Shown: positions 10,021 through 13,289 of the stretch, one piece after another
Position numbering within the stretch: the stretch's first letter is position 1
Layout: each line of letters starts with the position of its first letter
Source of the DNA: Azolla caroliniana
Lineage: Eukaryota; Plantae; Polypodiophyta
Direction of reading: 5' to 3'
DNA: 13,289 bases
Assembly: GCA_043228905.1 (NCBI GenBank)
Contig: JBHGNT010000968.1
Coordinates: 1-13,289, forward strand
Notes under the pieces: generated by a model
The model's input: the letters and a program-made list of their open reading frames with translations, nothing else
What the model was told of the DNA's origin: nothing
The model's database searches: none
Program-made: the position numbers and the translations under genes

Positions 10021-10980
10021 GTTCATAAGCTTCCCTTTTTGTCCGACATGACTCAAGGGAACTTCTAAGACATGCACGATCAGGTGAGGAATGTCATCTC
10101 CAGTCTCGACAACTCCTAGTTGCTCCGGCTTTTCTAGAAACGTGAACCACTCTTCATGGTTCGTCATGTGGTTAGATGCTCTGAGTCAACGTACCACACT
10201 TCCTCCGATCTGGAAGTGGTTTTCTTCATCAAGTTTGCCTTGTGCTTCATCACAAAGGCTGACCCTTTTCCGGTCTTTTCGGTCCTAGATCCTTCAACGT
10301 ACTGCGAGCTTTGTGGGTTCCCTTGTCCGACCTTACTAGCTTTCCCGATGGCCTTTCTTTGGCATAATACCAACATTTCGTGTTTTTCTTTTGATTGTTG
10401 GCTTCTGGCGCCACCTTGATTCCCCCTACTTGTGGAGGGTCCGTAACTGCTATCGACACTATCTCTATGCCTCCGGTTCACTCGTCCTCCATGCCCATGG
10501 GGCCAATCCGCCTCCGTGTACAACATCCGGCTGTCCAATTGAGTGGTCCTCGACCCACTCACGTGGTTTCGACCATCAACATCGATTGTAGGTCAAAGAA
10601 GGACGATGGCTTCTCTCATATGCAAATTGCTATCCCGATAAGCCCGTACCGTTGTGCTAAACCACCGAGGCAGACATGGACCGTCTCGTCTTCATCCGCT
10701 GTCACGTTGATGGAACCGAGCGCATCACAGATCTCCTTTATCTTGGTGGTGTACTCAGTGACAGACATGTCCCATGCACACAAGACACGAGGCAGTACAA
10801 CAGTCTGCTCGCTCCTTGTTCCCATCTCGGGAAGTCCTTGTGTGCCGAATCCGCCGCTACTCCATTTTCTCCTTCTACGTAGCTTGAGTATCCGTGTCCA
10901 AGCAAGTACTGGTGCATTTTATACAACTAGGAGGCATAGTTGCTCCGGTCAAGATTTTCTGTAGGAAGCGAGCTTGCCAT
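10021..10980 (-). pseudogene. Copia gag-protease fragment
   Basis: MASSLPTENLDRSNYAS*LYKMHQYLLGHGY...DMSVTEYTTKIKEICDALGSINV...FFDLQSMLMVE; degenerate knuckle KCWY; protease WYVDS(G)ASNHMTNHEEWF...VETGDD...EVPLSHVGQKGKLMN; several frameshifts. Confidence 0.9.
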
Positions 10981-11074
10981 GCTTCTATCCATATCTTTCT
11001 TTTCTTTTCTTACCGGTTGTTAGGGTTTGTATGTGAGTGTCATTCGTCGACAGCAGAGGATTCTCAACCCTCGC

Positions 11075-11086
11075 GCTTTGATACCA
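11075..11086 (-). other. Primer binding site, tRNA-iMet type (Copia B)
   Basis: The minus strand reads TGGTATCAAAGC immediately after the LTR-terminal CA. Confidence 0.87.
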
Positions 11087-11509
11087 TGTCAAAGTTAATA
11101 TGTGGAAGCTTTGACAAACCGATTTATCCGGATAACAACAAAAAATACACACATGTTTAATGGAAGCTTGAATCACATAGATAGAGAGCTAGAGAGACAG
11201 AGAGAGCAGAACAACATAAACCCAATTCAAAATAATAACACTATGTGCTTAGTGAGCACGTTTATACAAGTCCTTAAAAGGGCTGACAAAAGTACTAACA
11301 TGTACTTCAATGCTCATATGAGCGACAAACACTAACTCCAAGGAATATGCCTACGTACTAGGCTAGACTCGTAGACCTCTAACAGCCTACCGGTTACAAT
11401 CTGATCCGTCTCTCCGATCCGGATACCTATCCGGTTCTCCGTTCCGGATACCGATCCGGCTCTAGCTTACTTAGTTGATCCGGATCCGGTTGAGCTTGTC
11501 CGCTCAACA
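11087..11509 (-). repeat. 5' LTR of Copia B (423 bp)
   Basis: Minus strand TGTTGAG...TTGACA; TATA at 11261-11266 (-); block similarity to the Copia A LTR. Confidence 0.85.
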
Positions 11510-13289
11510 AAAAATGGATGGAAGTCGATGTGGATTTGCATTGTATTTGTGTGTTACTTGAACCTCCTATAGAGGATTCGAAAGTTTTACATGAACCTAC
11601 CGTAGTCAATCTAACTAATTGAGCATTGAAGATACTACTCTAGTGTTTGATTTGCATGCCTTGTTTGACCATAAGTTTGTGGCAAATGTCTTCAGGAGAG
11701 TTTGCAAAAGACTTTGAGCATGGCAAGGAGATGGTTCCAAATTTCAAATGTAAATTGTGGTTCATTATCACTTATGATGTTGTTTGGAAGACCTTGGTCA
11801 CAAAATACTTCACGCATGACTAGATTTGCTATTTCCTCACTCGTGATAGCTTTATTGCATGGCAAGAAATGTACCATTTGAGTATATTGATTAAGTAATG
11901 TCAAGATAACGTCAAACCCCTTAGAATGAGGAAGATCTGTAATAAATTCTAAAGATAGATTTTCAGGAACATAAAGATGATTTTTGTAGAAAAGTAATCC
12001 ATCATGCACTTGAATTGCTTATAATCCATATTTGAATGTTGTGACTGAGAGCGAGATGTATTATCTGGATCAATATGATCTAAGATCATGAGTCCGAATA
12101 TTATCAATAATGGTTGAATCTAGTGGAGTATCAAAGATGATGGTTTCTTTAAGTTGTACAAGACATATGATTACCTATTTTTGATTATCGAATGATGGAT
12201 CACTAAGACGGCGTGGTGATAATGCATCTTATTTCCCTTGTTGCTTGCTTAGAACAAAAGTTATCTTGAAATTACAATGAGTAAGAAATTGTGCCGATCG
12301 AGCTTGTCTTCTATTTATCACACAAGCACTCTAGAAGTAGGTGAGGTTTTTGGGCTCATTTAATATATTTATTTTATAAGGAGAGTCCTCCAAAAAAAGT
12401 CGCATTCTTCAAAGGAATCAACTATAGCTAATAACTCCTTGTCAGTATCAAATTTATGCGAGTGGAAAGCCATTGGATGTAGCTTTGCATCATCACCTTG
12501 TCGTGACAAAATGCTACCAAGCGTAAAATCTTATGCATTTGCTTCAAAAATAAATGGTTTTTGTAGAACAACAAGAGCTAGTGTAGGAGCAGATGTAAAT
12601 GTCTTCTTGAGATCCACTAAAACCTTCTTTACATTAGTAGTCCAAACAAATGATTGATTTTTCTTTATGAGTTGTATAAGCGGTAGACTAAGCTTTAAGT
12701 AATCTTGTATTAATTTGTGATAGAAATTTGCAAATACTAGAAAACATTGCATTTCTCGCATAGATCGTGGAGTTTACCAATCCAACAACATTTGGACTTT
12801 AGTTGATCCATAGAAATTCCTTCAACGGAGATAATGTAGCCTAAGAACTCCACCTATTTTGAATCAAAACTCCACTTCTCTAGTTTTCCATACAATGTGT
12901 CTATTTCCATATTCATTTTAGTACTTGAAAAACATGAGAATCATGCTCCTCTTGTGTTTTGGAATAAATCAATAGATCATCCAAATAGATAATTAGGAAG
13001 ATCTCCAAGAGATCTCGAAAGCCTTATGTTGAGAAACTGTTGTTGCATTTGTGAATCAAAGGGCATGCTTGTATACTTAAATTGACCATATTGAGTGTTA
13101 AAAGTTGTCTTCCACTTGTCTATTTCCAGAATCCATACAAGGTTATATGCACCTTGTAAACTAATCTTTGTAAATTGTTCCCACTAATCTATTCTAACAG
13201 ACGACAGATCAAGGGTAGTGCATACCCATTCGTGATAATAACTTTATTCAAACCCTGGTAATCCACTACTAGACGAAGTGAAATGTCTT
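11510..13289 (-). pseudogene. Old Ty3/Gypsy (chromovirus/Tcn1-like) pol relic: RT, RNase H, integrase
   Basis: RT: FTKISLQGAYNLVWI..DKWKTTFNTQYG, YLDD at 12976-12987. Connection/RNase H: QCFLVFANFYHKLI..FTSAPTL..PFIFEANA, DKELLAIVDSF. Integrase: SLEFITDLPHSKGFDVIL..ISDNEPQF..PQTYGQT. RT-RH-INT order is Gypsy; many stops and deletions. Confidence 0.9.

Larger units (their letters stand above)
10021..11509 (-). mobile_element. Ty1/Copia element B, 5' portion, inserted into the old Gypsy relic
   Basis: LTR 11509-11087, PBS TGGTATCAAAGC, gag-zinc knuckle-protease relic ending abruptly at 10021. Confidence 0.9.

Noticed and set aside
10395-10964. 189-aa plus-strand ORF (and similar ones at 4963-5382 and 5428-5727)
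   Set aside because: Antisense shadows of Copia gag/LTR sequence.
5587-11509. The two Copia LTRs as the 5' and 3' LTR of one element
   Set aside because: Both are followed by a PBS and gag, there is no PPT next to 6027, and they share only patchy similarity.

Overview
Eukaryotic (plant-like; inferred bryophyte/moss-like) heterochromatic window with no intact host gene. It is a nest of decayed transposons. (1) 1-4556 (+): 3' half of a non-chromovirus Ty3/Gypsy element, with integrase, a large degenerate extra ORF after pol, a PPT and a 430-bp 3' LTR, inserted into (2). (2) 4557-6026 (-): an internally deleted Ty1/Copia element (LTR, PBS-iMet, gag fused to integrase). (3) 6027-10020: a ~4-kb microsatellite-rich segment bounded by degenerate bipartite inverted repeats (CCCGGGGG...), containing a perfect 73-bp fold-back hairpin, a 507-bp solo LTR with TATTC target-site duplication, and a lone MULE-like terminal repeat array. 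(4) 10021-11509 (-): a second, related Copia element (LTR, PBS, gag-protease), truncated exactly at the edge of (3). (5) 11510-13289 (-): an old chromovirus-type Gypsy pol relic (RT-RNaseH-INT). All coding regions carry stops or frameshifts. Lineage and organism assignments are inferences from motifs, not search results.
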